Shown here piece after piece: positions 36,906 through 49,929 of a stretch of 64,000 bases of DNA. The position numbers were made by a program, and so were the translations under genes. This DNA is from Mobula birostris. Lineage: Eukaryota. Location of the stretch: assembly GCF_030028105.1 (NCBI RefSeq), contig NC_092377.1, forward strand, positions 16,178,782 to 16,242,781. Direction: 5' to 3'. The notes under the pieces are model-generated. The model saw only the letters and a list, made by a program, of their open reading frames with translations. It had not been told where the DNA came from and searched no databases. Positions within the stretch are counted from its first letter, which is position 1. Each line of letters starts with the position of its first letter.

Positions 36906-39009
36906 ATGTTAAAATGTTGAGCTAACTTTATCATCTAATTGTAGGTGACAGTTCCCTATATTCCACAACATATCAATGGTGTCATTGAATGCTTGTGGAG
37001 GGGTTGAAGGTAGCCATGGTGATTATCTGATTTCTGAGATCACTTGTTTACATACTGCTCAGACCTTGCTGCTCATCTGCCAAGACTGCTCCATTGGAAA
37101 TCTAGTTATAAGTGATCGTCAGTGATTGGTGGCATGTTACCTATTTAGTAATAATGCATTTGGTCAGCATAATAGATTTGTTATGTATTTGATTAATGCA
37201 GCTCTAACATTTGCCTAATAAGCTGCTTAAGTTAAAACTGACAGCACATAATGCCACAGATGTTTATTAAATTTAAAACTGCAGATTTAAAAATTCAATT
37301 AGTAGCCTCCATTATAGCTAATATGTTAATATTCTAAATTGAAGATGTAATGAGGAGTGATTTTTTTTAATTACAATAGTGTTGATTGCTAATTTGCAGA
37401 GGTGTAGTGGGTAAAATGTATTTTGGCATCCACTTAAGGGATTTGTCATTACTCTGCCTAGGTATTGCTGCCTGACTCAGAGACAATTTAATAATTTAGG
37501 TCTACATTATTTATGTAAAGCCGATCTATCCTCAGCTTTTATACAGGTTAAGGTAATTGTCCAAAGAGCCAGACAGGAGATGAGAGACTATTTTTATCCA
37601 TAGGGAGTTGTTATGATGTGAAATTTATGCTGTCAAGAAGGTTGGTAGAAGCACATTAAGAGGTAACTGAATCAAAAGCCAGTTATATAAAGGGAACAAT
37701 TTGGAGGAACATAATGAAAGGGCAGTGGGGGATGATTGGGTCTAATTGGACAGCTTATAGAGGGATGACACAGGGGCGATAGACAGAATTCCTTCCTCCA
37801 TACTGGTGTTAAATTATCCTGCCTCAAAGTAGTGTTGAATCTGGAGATGTGAAAGGACAAGGAATGGTACACTACACTAGGACCCAGAGCTTCTTCAAAA
37901 TTCAGCAAGGAGACATAAAACTTCGTAACCACCCCTGTTTTATTGGATGTTATAAGAACAAAGAGTGAACAAAGAATAAAGAAAAGCCAAGAACAAAAAA
38001 CAAAATAGTTCTGGTCATTGTTCGAGTATATTCTTGGGTTAGGGTATCTGGCAAATATTAATTTCACCAGCAACCAATCTTCAGATTTGAATGTGAATTC
38101 CAAGTGAATTTAAAACACAGCTCAGAATAACTGGACCTCAGATGCCTGCATATGCATGAGTGAGGCCTAGAGTCAATAGCAAGTAACATTCATTTTGGGT
38201 GTCTTGAGTGTGGGTGCAAAGTAGGGGGTGTTTGAAAACTATATGTAATTCAAGGGAAGCAATGTAGATACATTGTAACTATAGAATTGTCCTGCTGTTG
38301 GCTTTGATCTTTAGCATATAAAAATGTCACGTGATATTGGGTCATGGGGCCTCTTCTTCCAAGAGTGCCTGCTACTCGTTTTTGTTGAATAAACACTTCT
38401 ATAGCCACTAGCTTCAGGCTCTGCAGTGACTTTGTTCATGTCACAACAGTTGTCCTATACAAGCTAGACAAATAAAGCACATTCCAGTGATAAGAAATAA
38501 CCTAGGAAGCAGCCACATTTAGAGGTGTGACACAGGCTACAGAGAAACCAAGAAAAATACAGAATCAACTAAAGGATAATTACTGAAAATTCACTGAAAA
38601 ATTGCACACATTTAAGTGATAAGCAGGGGTAGAGAAAGTTAAGCTACAAGAAAAGTAACTGTCTTACACTCTAATCCAACAGTAACAGAGACACTTATTT
38701 TGAAGGTTGGTTTATATCTGAAATGCTCTTCTGGAAAAGATGGTGGGAGTGAAACTTGCTGGATCCATATGGTTGGATGTTGCAGTGGGAAATCCTGTTT
38801 CTACAGGAGAAAAGGAGGTCACTGCAGTGCTTGCCTCGATGCTCCTACAGTAGAGGCAAGTGTGAATTTTCACCATTCGGTGGAGGAAGAGGCTACTATC
38901 CCAAAAGCTTCTTTGGAGTTTCCTTGGGGCCTTGCTGGAGGTAGGTAACATGCTGTGGTAATATAAAAAGAACAGTTAGTCCAGCAAAACTGACACTTCC
39001 GACTCAAAC

Positions 39010-39660
39010 AATCTTCCTCGCTGTCCACTATACCCCCATTCCTGGTGTCATCTGCAAACTTGCTGATCCAATAACCACATTATCTCGCAGATCACTGCTA
39101 TAGATGTCAAACAACAATGGACAGTGCCGATCCCTGCGGGACTCCACGAGTCACAGGCCTCCAGGGATTTATTATTCCTCTCAACCCATTCTCCTGCCTT
39201 CTTCCTGTAACCTTTGATGCCCTAACTAACCAAGAACCTAACAGCCTCCACCTTACATATTCCTAATGACCTGACCTCCCCAGCTGTCTGTGGCAATGAA
39301 TTCCACAGATTCACAACCCTCTGGCTGAAGAAATTCCTCCTCATCTCTGTTCTAAAGGGACGTCCTTCTTTTCTGAGGCAGTGCCCTCTGGTCCTAGATG
39401 CCTCCACTATGGGAAGCATCCTCTCCAAATCTCTCTTCTCCTCCCTATACAGCATTTTGCAGTCAATGGTCCCTTCACAACTCCCTCGGCCACTCTTCCC
39501 TTCCCACCAGCCATCTCCCTTCCAGCAGCACCTTCCCTTGTAATTACTCTTCCCTTCCCACATCCAGGGACCAAAACAGTCTGTCAAAGGGAAGCAGCAA
39601 GTCGCCTACACTTCTTCCAGCGTAGTGTACTGTATTCACAGTTCACAATGCTCACAATGT
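39010..39660. mobile_element. CR1 fragments (minus) plus Penelope remnant
   Basis: RTRGHCLRKEGRPFRTEMRRNFFSQRVVNLWN (39222-39430); 39440-39650 resembles the PLE RT/EN linker. Confidence 0.7.
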
Positions 39661-39675
39661 TGTTGCCAACATTAT

Positions 39676-40072
39676 ACACTTAGTGGCTACCTTACACCAG
39701 TTCATTAATGCAAATATCCAATCAGCCAAGCATGTGATACATCTCAATACATAAAAGTGAGCAGACATGGTCAAGAGGTTCGGTTGTTGTCCAAACAGAA
39801 TGGAGAGGAAATTTGATCTAAGTAACTTTGACTGTGGAATGATTGTTGGTGCCAGACAGGGTGGTTTGAGTATCTCTGAAGCCACTAATTTGCGCACAGC
39901 GGACTCGAGAGTTTACAGAGGATGGTGAATAAACAAACAAAAACATCCAGTGAGTAGCAGCTCTGTGGGCAAATGAACCTTGTAAATGAGAGAGGTCAGA
40001 GGAGAATGGCCAGACTGGTTTCAGCTGACAGGGAGGAGAGAGTAACTCAAATAACCATGTGTTACAATTCCA
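39676..40072 (+). mobile_element. Tc1-like non-autonomous element (partial)
   Basis: Homologous to 42187-42744; starts TA-cacttagtggc. Confidence 0.8.
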
Positions 40073-40923
40073 TGAATGAATCACCTTCGTCTCATAAATA
40101 TGCACCGTGTATATAAAGAGCTGGCAACTTAATCCCTCCTGCCAATGGGATCATAATCTCCACTGCTCTTCTGTTGGTGTTTATGGCAGGTTGTATCCTT
40201 CTCCTGAAGTCATTATTCTAAATCCATGATTAACCTTCGCACATTGGCAGCCAAGTATTTTCAAACAAATGCCTCTAGGTGGCAGTACAGCATGCATTTT
40301 GGAAACAGAAGCAGTAAATTCTGTTCTAGTTATTCTCGCTGATCCTTTGTGGGGTTAGGGGAACATTTTTTTTTAAAAATCAAGCACGAGAAACTTTGAA
40401 ACCCATTTCTCAGTGTTTATTAACAATGATGAAGTTCTTTACTTAACTCTTGCTTCAGTCAGGTGTTTGTGGGCTCAGGCATGTGAGCATATTATTCAGG
40501 TTAATTTATCACATGTATATTGACACATACAGTGTCATTTGGATTAACAACCAACTCAACCTGAGGGTGAGCCGGGGGCAGCCCACAAGCATCGCTACAT
40601 ATTCCAGCAGCCAAATAGCACGCCCACAATGTTCGGCAGAACAATACCAACAGAGTGAACCAGAACAAAACAAGGAACAAAACAACAGCAGCAAAGCTAG
40701 CACCGTTACCCTCTCCCATGTCCTTCAAGGCCTCTGGTCTCCAACTTTTCCCATTTCAGTGCGGTACTGAGGGAGCACTGTGCAGAAGGTAGTGCCATCT
40801 TTTGGCCAAGGTATTAAACCAAAGTCCTATCTGCCTTGTGCTCAAAATTCCATGTTGTTTCTCCAATCCTAGGTGTCTTAACAAATACTCGTTCTTCAAC
40901 AGATGGCGCAGAGAGAGGAAATC

Positions 40924-41081
40924 TTGAGCAACACACACAAAACGCTGGAGGAACCTGGCAGGTCAGGCAGCATCTATAGAGGGAATAAACAGTCAATGTT
41001 TAGGCCTGAAACGTCAACAGTTTATTTCCCTCCATAGAAGGACCTGCTGAGTTCCCTCAGTATTTTGTGTGTATTGCTCAA
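40924..41081. mobile_element. Short fold-back Penelope-derived element
   Basis: ttgagcaacacacacaaaa.gctggagga ... tattttgtgtgtattgctcaa inverted arms around a gaaacgtc centre. Confidence 0.8.
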
Positions 41082-41139
41082 TAATTTCAGGTAACTTGCA
41101 TTTGCTGTACTTTGACCAGTTTTGCTGTGTATTAGCCAT

Positions 41140-41661
41140 TGTCAGGATGCTGGAGCAGGGATCCAATCTCAGACCCAGTACTGTGCACACAGTGATATAA
41201 ATTGAGTAACAAATCCCAAGGTGCAAACAAAGTCAGCATCAAAGTTCAGGCAGAGATCAAAACATCCAAAGAAATCCAAAAACCAGAATCAGGACACAGG
41301 CGGAGTCGATATGCTGACGGACAGAGTACAGATACGAATGCTGGAAAGACTCAGGAAAATTCACTGTCACAATCTGGCAACAAACAGGTGAAAACACAGG
41401 TCTGAAATACACTGAGCAATAAACAGGGAGGCAGATGATAGGTGGAGCACAGTGAGACACAGATGGCAGCAGACAGGTAATAATGAGAAACAGGTGAGAG
41501 ATGGAGTACTCAGTAATACAGGGGCCGGAGTAGAGCAGGAACAGGGACAGGAGCACATGGGACATGAAAACAAACAAGAGCACATGGCAATACAAAACCA
41601 CACACTGACGGCTAGGGGGAAACACACACAAAAAGACAAAGTTCAACTGGAAGTACTGACA
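41140..41661 (-). mobile_element. Solo LTR (Gypsy-like), 522 bp
   Basis: TGTCAG...CTGACA termini and 5-bp TSD gccat at 41135-41139 and 41662-41666. Confidence 0.8.
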
Positions 41662-41789
41662 GCCATCTATAATATTAACTTAGTTTTTCCCTGTCTGTTG
41701 ACATTATCTCCTCTGTTATCCATTTTCCACATGTGCATTTCACAACTTTTGTTCATCTCTTTGTTTTCTCTCTTCTAACTATTCTCTCA

Positions 41790-42880
41790 GTCTATAAATG
41801 TGAGAGGTTCTGGCTTCTTCCCCTTTCTTTTCCAGTCCTGATGAAGGGTCCAGACTCTCCATAGATGCTGCCTCATCGGTCCACGACCAGATAGTTTCAT
41901 CAACGCAGACACAAGAGATTCTGCCAATGCTGAACGTACATAAAGTGCTGGGGGAGCTCAACAGGTCAAGCAGCATCTATGGAAAAGAGTAAAACAGTAG
42001 AAGTTTCAGGCTGAGACCTTCCGTCAGGACTGGAATAGAAGGGGGAAGAAGGCAGAATAAGAGGATGATTAAGAGAGGAAGAACACAAGCTGGCAGGTTG
42101 TTCTTCAACCCTTTATTTGGGAATGAGAAAGTTTGTAGAAATTGGCGACAGCACTTGCTACATTACCGTGGCAGTAACTCAAGATACACTCAGTGGCCAC
42201 TTTATGAGGTACATTCATACACCTGCTTGTTTTCGTAAGTATCTGATCAGCAAATCATGTGACAGCAACTCAACACACAAAAGCATGCAGACATGATCAA
42301 TAGGTTCAGGTGTTCAGACCAGACATCAGAACGGGGAAGAAATGTGAGCTCAGTGACTTTGACCGTGGATTGATTGTTGGCGCCAGACAGGGTGGTTTGA
42401 GTATCTCAGAAACTGCCAATCTCCTGCACAACAGTCTCTAGAGTTGGCTGAGAATGGTTTGATCAACAAAAAACATTCGGTGAGCGGCAGTTCTGTGGGT
42501 GAAAATGCCTTGTTAATGAGAGAGGTTGGAGGAGAATGGCCAGACTGCTTCAAGCTGACAGGAAGGCAACAGTACCTCAAATAACCACATGTTACAGCAG
42601 TGGTCTGCAGAAGAGCATCTCTGAACGCACAACACATTGAACCTTGAAGTGGATGGGCTACCACAGCAGAAGACCAGACCAGGGTCCACACCTGTGGTCA
42701 CTTTATGGGTACACTCCTGTACCTAATAAAGTGGCCACTGAGTGTATTTGATGAAGGGTCTCAGCCTGAAAAGTCGACTGTTTATTCCCCTCCATAGATG
42801 ATGCCTGACCTGCTGAGTTCCTCCGGCATGTTGTATGTGCTATTCCTGATTTTCAGCATCTGCAGAACCTCTTGTGTATT
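41790..42880. mobile_element. Penelope-derived fold-back element(s), interrupted by Tc1
   Basis: Arms 41905-42090 and 42749-42880 are inverted; hammerhead-like cores at 41833, 41995 and 42749. Confidence 0.7.
42187..42744 (+). mobile_element. Tc1/mariner non-autonomous element, 558 bp
   Basis: TIR CACTCAGTGGCCACTTTAT(G/T)AGGTACA at both ends; TA TSD (42185-86, 42745-46); internal Tc1 N-terminus remnant GKKCELSDFDRGLIVGARQGGLSISETA. Confidence 0.92.
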
Positions 42881-43556
42881 TGGATAACTAGTCTTTAACA
42901 CTTAAATTATAATCTTATCTTTTATACTTTTGATTTTTAACATTAGATGATTGAATAAAGCAGGATAGAAATGTTTGATTTTTTTTTGTTATTCATTCCC
43001 AGCAGCATTTTCCACAGCTTACCTCTTCTGGGACACCTTCATCGTGTGGTAAGAAATGCCAACACCCCCCCCCCCCCCCCCCCCCAGGATGTCAGGGTTG
43101 AATGCAGCTTGTTCTATAATTATTAGTCTTACCCAAAACTGACAAAGCATTGAAGAAGAGGGATTCAGGGTAAACACTGAGGCTGGTTAAAGATTAGGCT
43201 GCAGGTACTTGTCGATGGATGCATGTTAGAGAATGGAGGAGGTGAAGTGCTGAATGAGGCTTAATTATTGATAACGTGTTCTTTAGAAAATGGGTGCAAT
43301 CTGGTCAAATCTGTTGGCAACACAAACAGAAGGGGGTGTCGTGTGGAGGGAGTGCAGCACTATATTGTTAAAACTGAAAGAGGTAACTTCGAAATGACAG
43401 GATGTCATACTTTAAAAAGCAGATAAAAAAAGTGCACACTAACTTCATCAAAGTGTAAAGCAGTGCAAAGGAAGGGAGACCTTACTGTGTATATGTATAC
43501 AAAATTTACAAGGATTTTGCTGGGATACTGAGTTGTAGGGAAAGGCTGACTCCTTC

Positions 43557-43784
43557 CTCAGGTGTAATACCTTCACTCAGGTATAATATACTCACTCAAG
43601 AGTAATACCCTCATTCAGGTGTAATACCTTCACTCAAGTCTAATGCCTTCACTCAAGTGTAATATCCTCACTAACGTGGTATACCATCGCTCAGGTATAA
43701 TATACTCACTCTAGAATAACATCCTCACTAAGGTGTAAAATCCACACTCAGGTGTAATACCCTCACTCAGGTGTAATACCATCA
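43557..43784. repeat. Minisatellite, 19-bp unit x12 (CTCAGGTGTAATACCCTCA)
   Basis: Units counted directly; constant length with substitutions only. Confidence 0.92.
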
Positions 43785-44064
43785 CTGTCCCTGCATAGCA
43801 TCCATGAAATGGTCTTTCCTGCTGCCTTGTTCTGTTGATAATTATTTAATCGGTTCATATGTTCATATTTATTTAAGTTTGATTATTGATGATTGCCCAT
43901 TCTGCTAATTGTTGATTGCTCATGGCTGTTTGCACTACTGTCTTGTAAATTGTTGGTTATTATTGTGTTGTCTGTTATGGTATGGTCCTGTGTTTTATGC
44001 TTGGCACCAAACCTCAATCAATTCTGGTATGTTTCACATTCTGGTAATAAACTGACTCTGATAC

Positions 44065-44455
44065 TGAATAGGTTAGTATTTTATTGCCTGGACTGCGGGA
44101 GAATGAGGTGAGATTTTGCAGAGCTATACAAATCATTGGAGGTATAGATAGGGTGAGTGCAAGCAGGGGTTTCCCCCTCAGGTTGGGTGAGACTGCAACC
44201 AGAGGATGTAGGTTTAGGGTGAAAGGTGAAATATTTAAGGGGAACCTGAGGGGGAGCTTTTTTCACTCAGAGGGTGGTGCGAGTGTAGAATTAGCTGCCC
44301 GTAGAAGCGGTAGATGCTGTTTTAGTTGTGACAGTTAAGGGGAGCTCAGATAGGTACAGGGATTGGAGGGTAGAGAGGGCTATGTTCTGGATGCAGGTAG
44401 ATGAGATTAGGCAGAAAACCGGGCTGGCACCGACTGGACCTGTTTGGGCTGCAGA
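44065..44455 (+). mobile_element. CR1 3' fragment (continues from 43500-43549)
   Basis: gaataggttag..gggtgaaaggtgaaatatttaaggggaacctgagggg. Confidence 0.75.
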
Positions 44456-45220
44456 GGTCTCTGACTCCGTGATTCTAACCTCATAGCATCGTGGAGTCAC
44501 ACAGTGCAGATTAGGGCTCCTCAGCACACCAGATCCATGTTGATCATTAAGAACTCATATACAATGATCCCATCTTAATCTTCCCACCTATCTATTAATA
44601 ACGCCAGCCGGATATCGAACTAAACAGTAAAAGGGTAGAATACAACTACAGGTAGGGGAAAAACCGAACTCCAATATTCTTATGTCAAGCACATACACTG
44701 ACCGTTGCCTGTAGATTCTGACCACCTGCACGTCACCTGTATTGGACGAAGAGTGCTGCACTGGCTCACCATTCCCATGGCAACGCAAAGAAAGTACGAG
44801 TGGCAAGAACACCCTGACGGGAGACACCAGGCAGGCACCGCACATGCATGTGCCTTGTGCTGTGTATGACTGTTGGTACTGTGTTTTGCATCTTGGCCCC
44901 AGAGTAATAATCTTTCATTTGGCTGTATTCGTGGGTATTTAAGCATGGCTGAATGACAATTAAACTTGAACTTGAGACAAGGTTATGGGCAGAGACTTGT
45001 CTCCCGTCAAAACTGGGAGTTTCTTTAAATAGATTTTAAATATTTTAGATGCTCAAAAACATTTAAGAATCATTAAGTACAATACATTAAAACAATACAT
45101 GATTAAAATTTTAAAGTGAGTAACACTAAATAACAGCATTTCTTTTTCTTCTGAATCTCTAGTTCAGGAATTACCTTTATACTGAATGGGGATTCCAGTC
45201 CTGTGCAGGACTCCAGAAGT

Positions 45221-45338
45221 AAAGGGGAGTGTAATAGAGTGAGGTGTAATAGAGGGGAGTGAAATAGAAGGTAGTGTAATAAAGAGGAGTGTAATAAAGG
45301 GGAATGTAATTGAGCGGAGTGTAATAGAGGATAGTGAC
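45221..45338. repeat. Minisatellite, 15-bp unit x~8 (AGAGGGGAGTGTAAT)
   Basis: Units counted directly. Confidence 0.85.
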
Positions 45339-47119
45339 AGAGGGTTGTTGTGTCATTTAACTCAAGCCAGACGTAGTTCCTGGATTCACCAATCTGGAAC
45401 CAAAGAAACCAGGAGCCAAGTGATCTTTCCAGTCTTATGGATTGAGTGATGTATGTTGGTCAGGCCATTTCTCCTGCTTCTTTTCATATATTACCCCGGA
45501 ATCTTTTACCTTCACCTGAGCAAGTTAGACCATCACAGTTTAACGAGTTGTCCAGATGACAACATCTCAGTCGTTGTCATATTTAAACTGCACAGCAAAG
45601 CGTTGTGTTATGGCGTCAGCTGGGGTGGAAGTAGTTCAAATTCCTTACCATTTCAGTTCTATTGAAAACATTGTCATTTACTTCTGAATGCATCATCCAC
45701 TTCTAACAGGTAACTCTGGTGGAAATGTCAAATACTAGAGGGCAAGACCTTAAGGTGAGAGGGAGAAAGTTTAAAGGAGAAATGCAAAGCAAGATTTTTA
45801 CCCAGAGACTGGAAGGTGACTGGAATGAGCTGGCAGATGGGGTTAGTTGCTGGTGGACACGGTGGGTGAAGAGCCTGCTGATGTGTTGTTCTGATCTACA
45901 TTCTATTTATCTTAGACCATAATTGCCCTTGTGGGACTTGGGTGCACAACTTGTAATTCAAAGATAAGTGTTGGCGCAGTGATACAAATTGACGCAATGG
46001 AAAATTCCATCTTTTATTGCAGAAAGGAAGCATCCACAAGATTTTATAAATACTGTTAAGGATATAAGATTTACTCTTACAGATTGCTTTAAGTTAATCT
46101 ATGGAGAAAGAATAAGGAGATGTAAAGCTCAATCAATCAGATGATACACTTTACAAATGATATCAGAAAATTCTTCATATAAATTAATTCATTCTTCTTC
46201 CTCTCTTTATCTCATGTTCTCAATATTTATTGCTTATTTATTATTTATTATTATTATTTCTTCTCTTTATACTTGCACAGCTTGTTGTCTTCTGCACTTC
46301 GGTTGAATGCCCTCGTTGGGTGGTCTTTCATTGATTCTGTTATGGTTATTATTCTATAGATTTATTGAGAATGCCCACAAGAAAATGTATGTCAAGGTTG
46401 TATATGGTAATAAATATTTACTTTGATAATACACTTACTTCAAAACTTTGAAACTTTAATATTCATCATATGGAATAATCTTCCAGATTAATCTCTGGGG
46501 GACCCTCTGGAAGATCTAAAGTCCAATTGGATGGTAGTTCCTCCCTAACTTTTCAGTTCTCTCTCTATATTGTGAAACTGGTTCTAACATCTCTTCTAAA
46601 CCCTTCCCCCCGGATAATAGAAAAGCAGAGGGCTATGTGAGAGGGAAGTGTTAGATCGATCTTAGAGAAGGTTAAAAGGTCAGCACAACATCATGGGATG
46701 AAGGTCTTGTGTTCTATATTCTACATTCTATAACTTTTTGTCATCCACAAACTTAGCTCTGTGACCAGACAATTGATCAACTCATAATTAAAAGAGTAGC
46801 ACCACCAAATAGAATAATCAGTTTGGAAATAACACTGTTGGCCAGTTCAGTGCTAATCTATAATTCCATTTCTATTATGTTGTGTATTTGAAAGCTGATA
46901 GGAACTTTTCAAGAGCCAAATTGAACTTAGGAAATGTCCTAACTGGACAACATGGAGACATTAGCACAAAAGTATAACTTTACTTTTTTTGGGGAAATTA
47001 AATACTTCAATCAATGAACCAACAAAAATATTAATACAAATACAATTTGCCTTCAAGAAGAATCTTTTGGGGACCACTTGAGTCTCTCCACCGTTAAAAC
47101 AGGTGGGATATTCTTAATG

Positions 47120-47495
47120 TAACACGTACAAAACGCTGGAGGATCTCAGCAGATCAGTGGCATCTATAGAAAGGGATAAAGAGTCGCCATTTCAAAGCTG
47201 AAACCTTCATCAGGATGGCCCAAAACATCAACTCTTTACTCAGAATCAGAATCAGGTTTAATATCACCGGCATATGTCGTGAAATCCGTTAACTTTGCAG
47301 CAGCAGTACAATGCAATACATGATAATTATAGGGAAAAAAACTGAATAATGAAGTTAAAATAAAGTAGTGCAAAAACAGAAATAAATAAAAGAAAGTAGT
47401 GAGGTAGTGTTCATGGGTTCAATGGTCCTCCCCATAGACACTGTTTATTCTGCTGAGTTCCTCCGGCATTTGTATGTGGAGTTCCAGCATCTAGC
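47120..47495. mobile_element. Penelope-derived fold-back element with inserted Rex tail (47241-47428)
   Basis: acgctggaggatctcagcag ... ctgctgagttcctccggca arms; cagaatcagaatcagg Rex tail inside. Confidence 0.75.
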
Positions 47496-48495
47496 ATAAA
47501 CATTTCTTTCGTTTATGTGATATACTCCTGTCGTTTCCTACTGGAAGGCCCCATATTTGGTACCAGGTCTGTGCCAACAAAACCACATTCCATTTCCAAG
47601 TCTTACCCAGCCCTTGAACCCTCTGCAGCTTTTAACTCCTCCGATTCTACCTGCCCGTCGATTGTTGCACTTCTGCTGTCTGTCTCTGGGTTTCTGGAAT
47701 GTTTTCCCTTGGATTGCCTCCCATCTCTAGCTCTCCCAGCGAGACTTTGACTATCTCCTTGTAGGGCTCGGTGTAAAATGATTCGGTATGTTTTATGCTC
47801 AGGGCGCTATATAAATACAAATTGTTGTTTATGCTGGCTTCAAGGAATTCCAGTAGAACAGATTCAACTGTAGCGCTAATTTTTCTCATGAGGCAGTTGA
47901 TCTGGGTATGACAAAATATCACAGTTGCTGCAGCAGGCAATACAAACATTGCACAGCTGGCTAAATATTACAGCTAATGTGGGAACACAGTTAAGAAGGG
48001 TTTCTTGGGGAAGAAAAATTGAATTCCAGATTTCCACATGAAATATTTCTGCGTGTTCCATTTGAAATAAATCTGCATGTGCCTGTAGCTAAACTTGGCA
48101 AAATATTTTCTCTTCCTATTTATATAATTATTTTATGCTGCATCCAATTGGCACCAGTTAAATAAGATGGCAAGAAACGTTAGATTTCCCACCCCTGGGA
48201 TCTCATTGTTGATCCATCAGAGCCATGGAGCAGTACGGCATAGACACAAGCCCCCTTTGCCGATGCCGACTACAGTGCCCATCAGCTAGCCCCCATTTCC
48301 TGCGTTTGCCCCATAATCCCTCTAAGCCCCACCCCTCCAGTTACCCATCCAAGTACTTAATGATATAACTGTACCGGCCTCAACACTTCCTCTGACAGTT
48401 CAACTCCATATTCTCACCACTCTCTGTGGTGAAAAAGCCACCACTCAGGTAACTTTTAAATCTTCCCCCTTTCACCTCCCCTCTCATCCTAAAAC

Positions 48496-48831
48496 TACAG
48501 CAGACTTACTTACTTACTGCCAATTATGCCGCTGGCATTTAGAGCAGCAACAATGGTCCTCCGTCTCAGTCTGTGTAGAACAATTCTTCATTGCTGCTCC
48601 CATAGCAGCTGTTTTTTGACCAGTCGGGGTTGTCAGCCCTGAGCTGAACCCCCGAACCTGGAGGACTGGTGGACCACTCTTAGTTTGGCCTCAACACATT
48701 GACCTGCTTGGCATGGGTGACCCTACCAAGAGCTGAAGCACAAGACTCTGACTCTGGTTGGCATAGTTCTCTGGGTAAATGAAGGACGTGAGCATCCAAA
48801 CACTACCACAAGGTTGTGGTCCTCTTGGAGG
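48496..48831 (-). mobile_element. RTE-derived bipartite SINE (RTE 5'UTR + 3' end, (TAAG)n tail) inserted in a CR1 3' end
   Basis: Minus ggaccacaaccttg..ggtagggtcacccatgcc..tcctccaggttcgggggtt..agggctgacaaccc resembles RTE 5'UTRs; agtaagtaagtaagt tail; cctaaaac repeated at 48488-48495 and 48832-48839. Confidence 0.7.
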
Positions 48832-49805
48832 CCTAAAACCATGCCCCCTACGCTAAAGAAAAGGCAGCTATGATACAACTTACCTTTATTTCTCATAATT
48901 ATAAACACTTCTGTAAGGCTGATCCTCATCAGTGTAAACAAAGCAAAATGGGATTCCTCTTTTAACCCTTTGCGTAATACAGTCACTCCCTTGTTTGTCA
49001 AACAGATGCAACCTGTAATTGAAAGAACAGCCATTGACAAGAATGGGCCTGGGGAGATCATATGTTTCAGTGATGGTCATAAAGATTATGTTTCGCCCAT
49101 TTTCATTACCTTCCACAACATATTCTAAAATTGCATTGAAAATGCCTGTTAAATACCTGCAGAAAGTTAACCCTCCTTCTTAAACACTGGTTCATTGCTT
49201 TTGGAGTGAGTGGTATATGCTGCTCAACTCAGGAGAACCCCACAGGCAAGCTTTCAGTCATTGATCATGCACAAAATTTCCAGTAAACTCCCAGGACTGC
49301 AAAGGAATTGAGTTGAATTGAATTGTACTGATCTTAATTCATTTCGAAACCTGTAGGTGTTGTTATTTAGTAGCACTCCCAGCTTATTGTACCTTGAATC
49401 AAACCCCATGACCACCTAGTTGGAAAGGGACCTGTTAAAACCAATTGTTTTCACCAAATGAGAGACTCAGATGATCCTCAAGTAATGTTTCAAAGGCAAA
49501 TTTTAACTGAGTTGTTATTGTCCAATATGTTACAATTTTCAAATTATTGGCCGGAGATAATTATACACTGATATTACTGCTACATCAGGCAAGTAGTCCT
49601 TTTGGCAGTTGCTTGCATTTACTATTAGAAGTGTTGTATCACACTGGAGCATGGTTAAATAGACATCTTAAATAGACAAATAGATCTCATCGGAGCTGCT
49701 AACACTGAAGAAATATTTCCTCTTGTACTTCCCTTGAAGGCATCATGCAGTTTAAATCTGATTTACTTGTACTTTGGTCCCAATCTTAGCTATTTCAGTA
49801 TAGCA

Positions 49806-49885
49806 CAGGTGTTCCCAACTGTCTTTATGCCATGGACCAACACCATTAAGCAAGAGGTCCATGAACCCCAGGTTGGGAAACCCTG
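49806..49885. mobile_element. 80-bp hAT (Buster-type) MITE
   Basis: TIRs CAGGTGTTCCCAAC / GTTGGGAAACCCTG; perfect 8-bp TSD gtaTAgca at 49798-49805 and 49886-49893. Confidence 0.9.
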
Positions 49886-49929
49886 GTATAGCATTTCGGT
49901 ACCTTGACGATTATTAATTGCCTCTCAGC

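Noticed and set aside
38230-38447. Solo LTR (TATAAAA, AATAAA, ends ...CAACA)
   Set aside because: I could not define the 5' TG boundary or a TSD; left uncalled.
43065-43085. C21 homopolymer as a functional G-quadruplex
   Set aside because: Simple homopolymer of unreliable length with no supporting context.
43557-43784. CRISPR-like regular array
   Set aside because: Contiguous 19-bp units with no unique spacers, no cas genes, vertebrate context.
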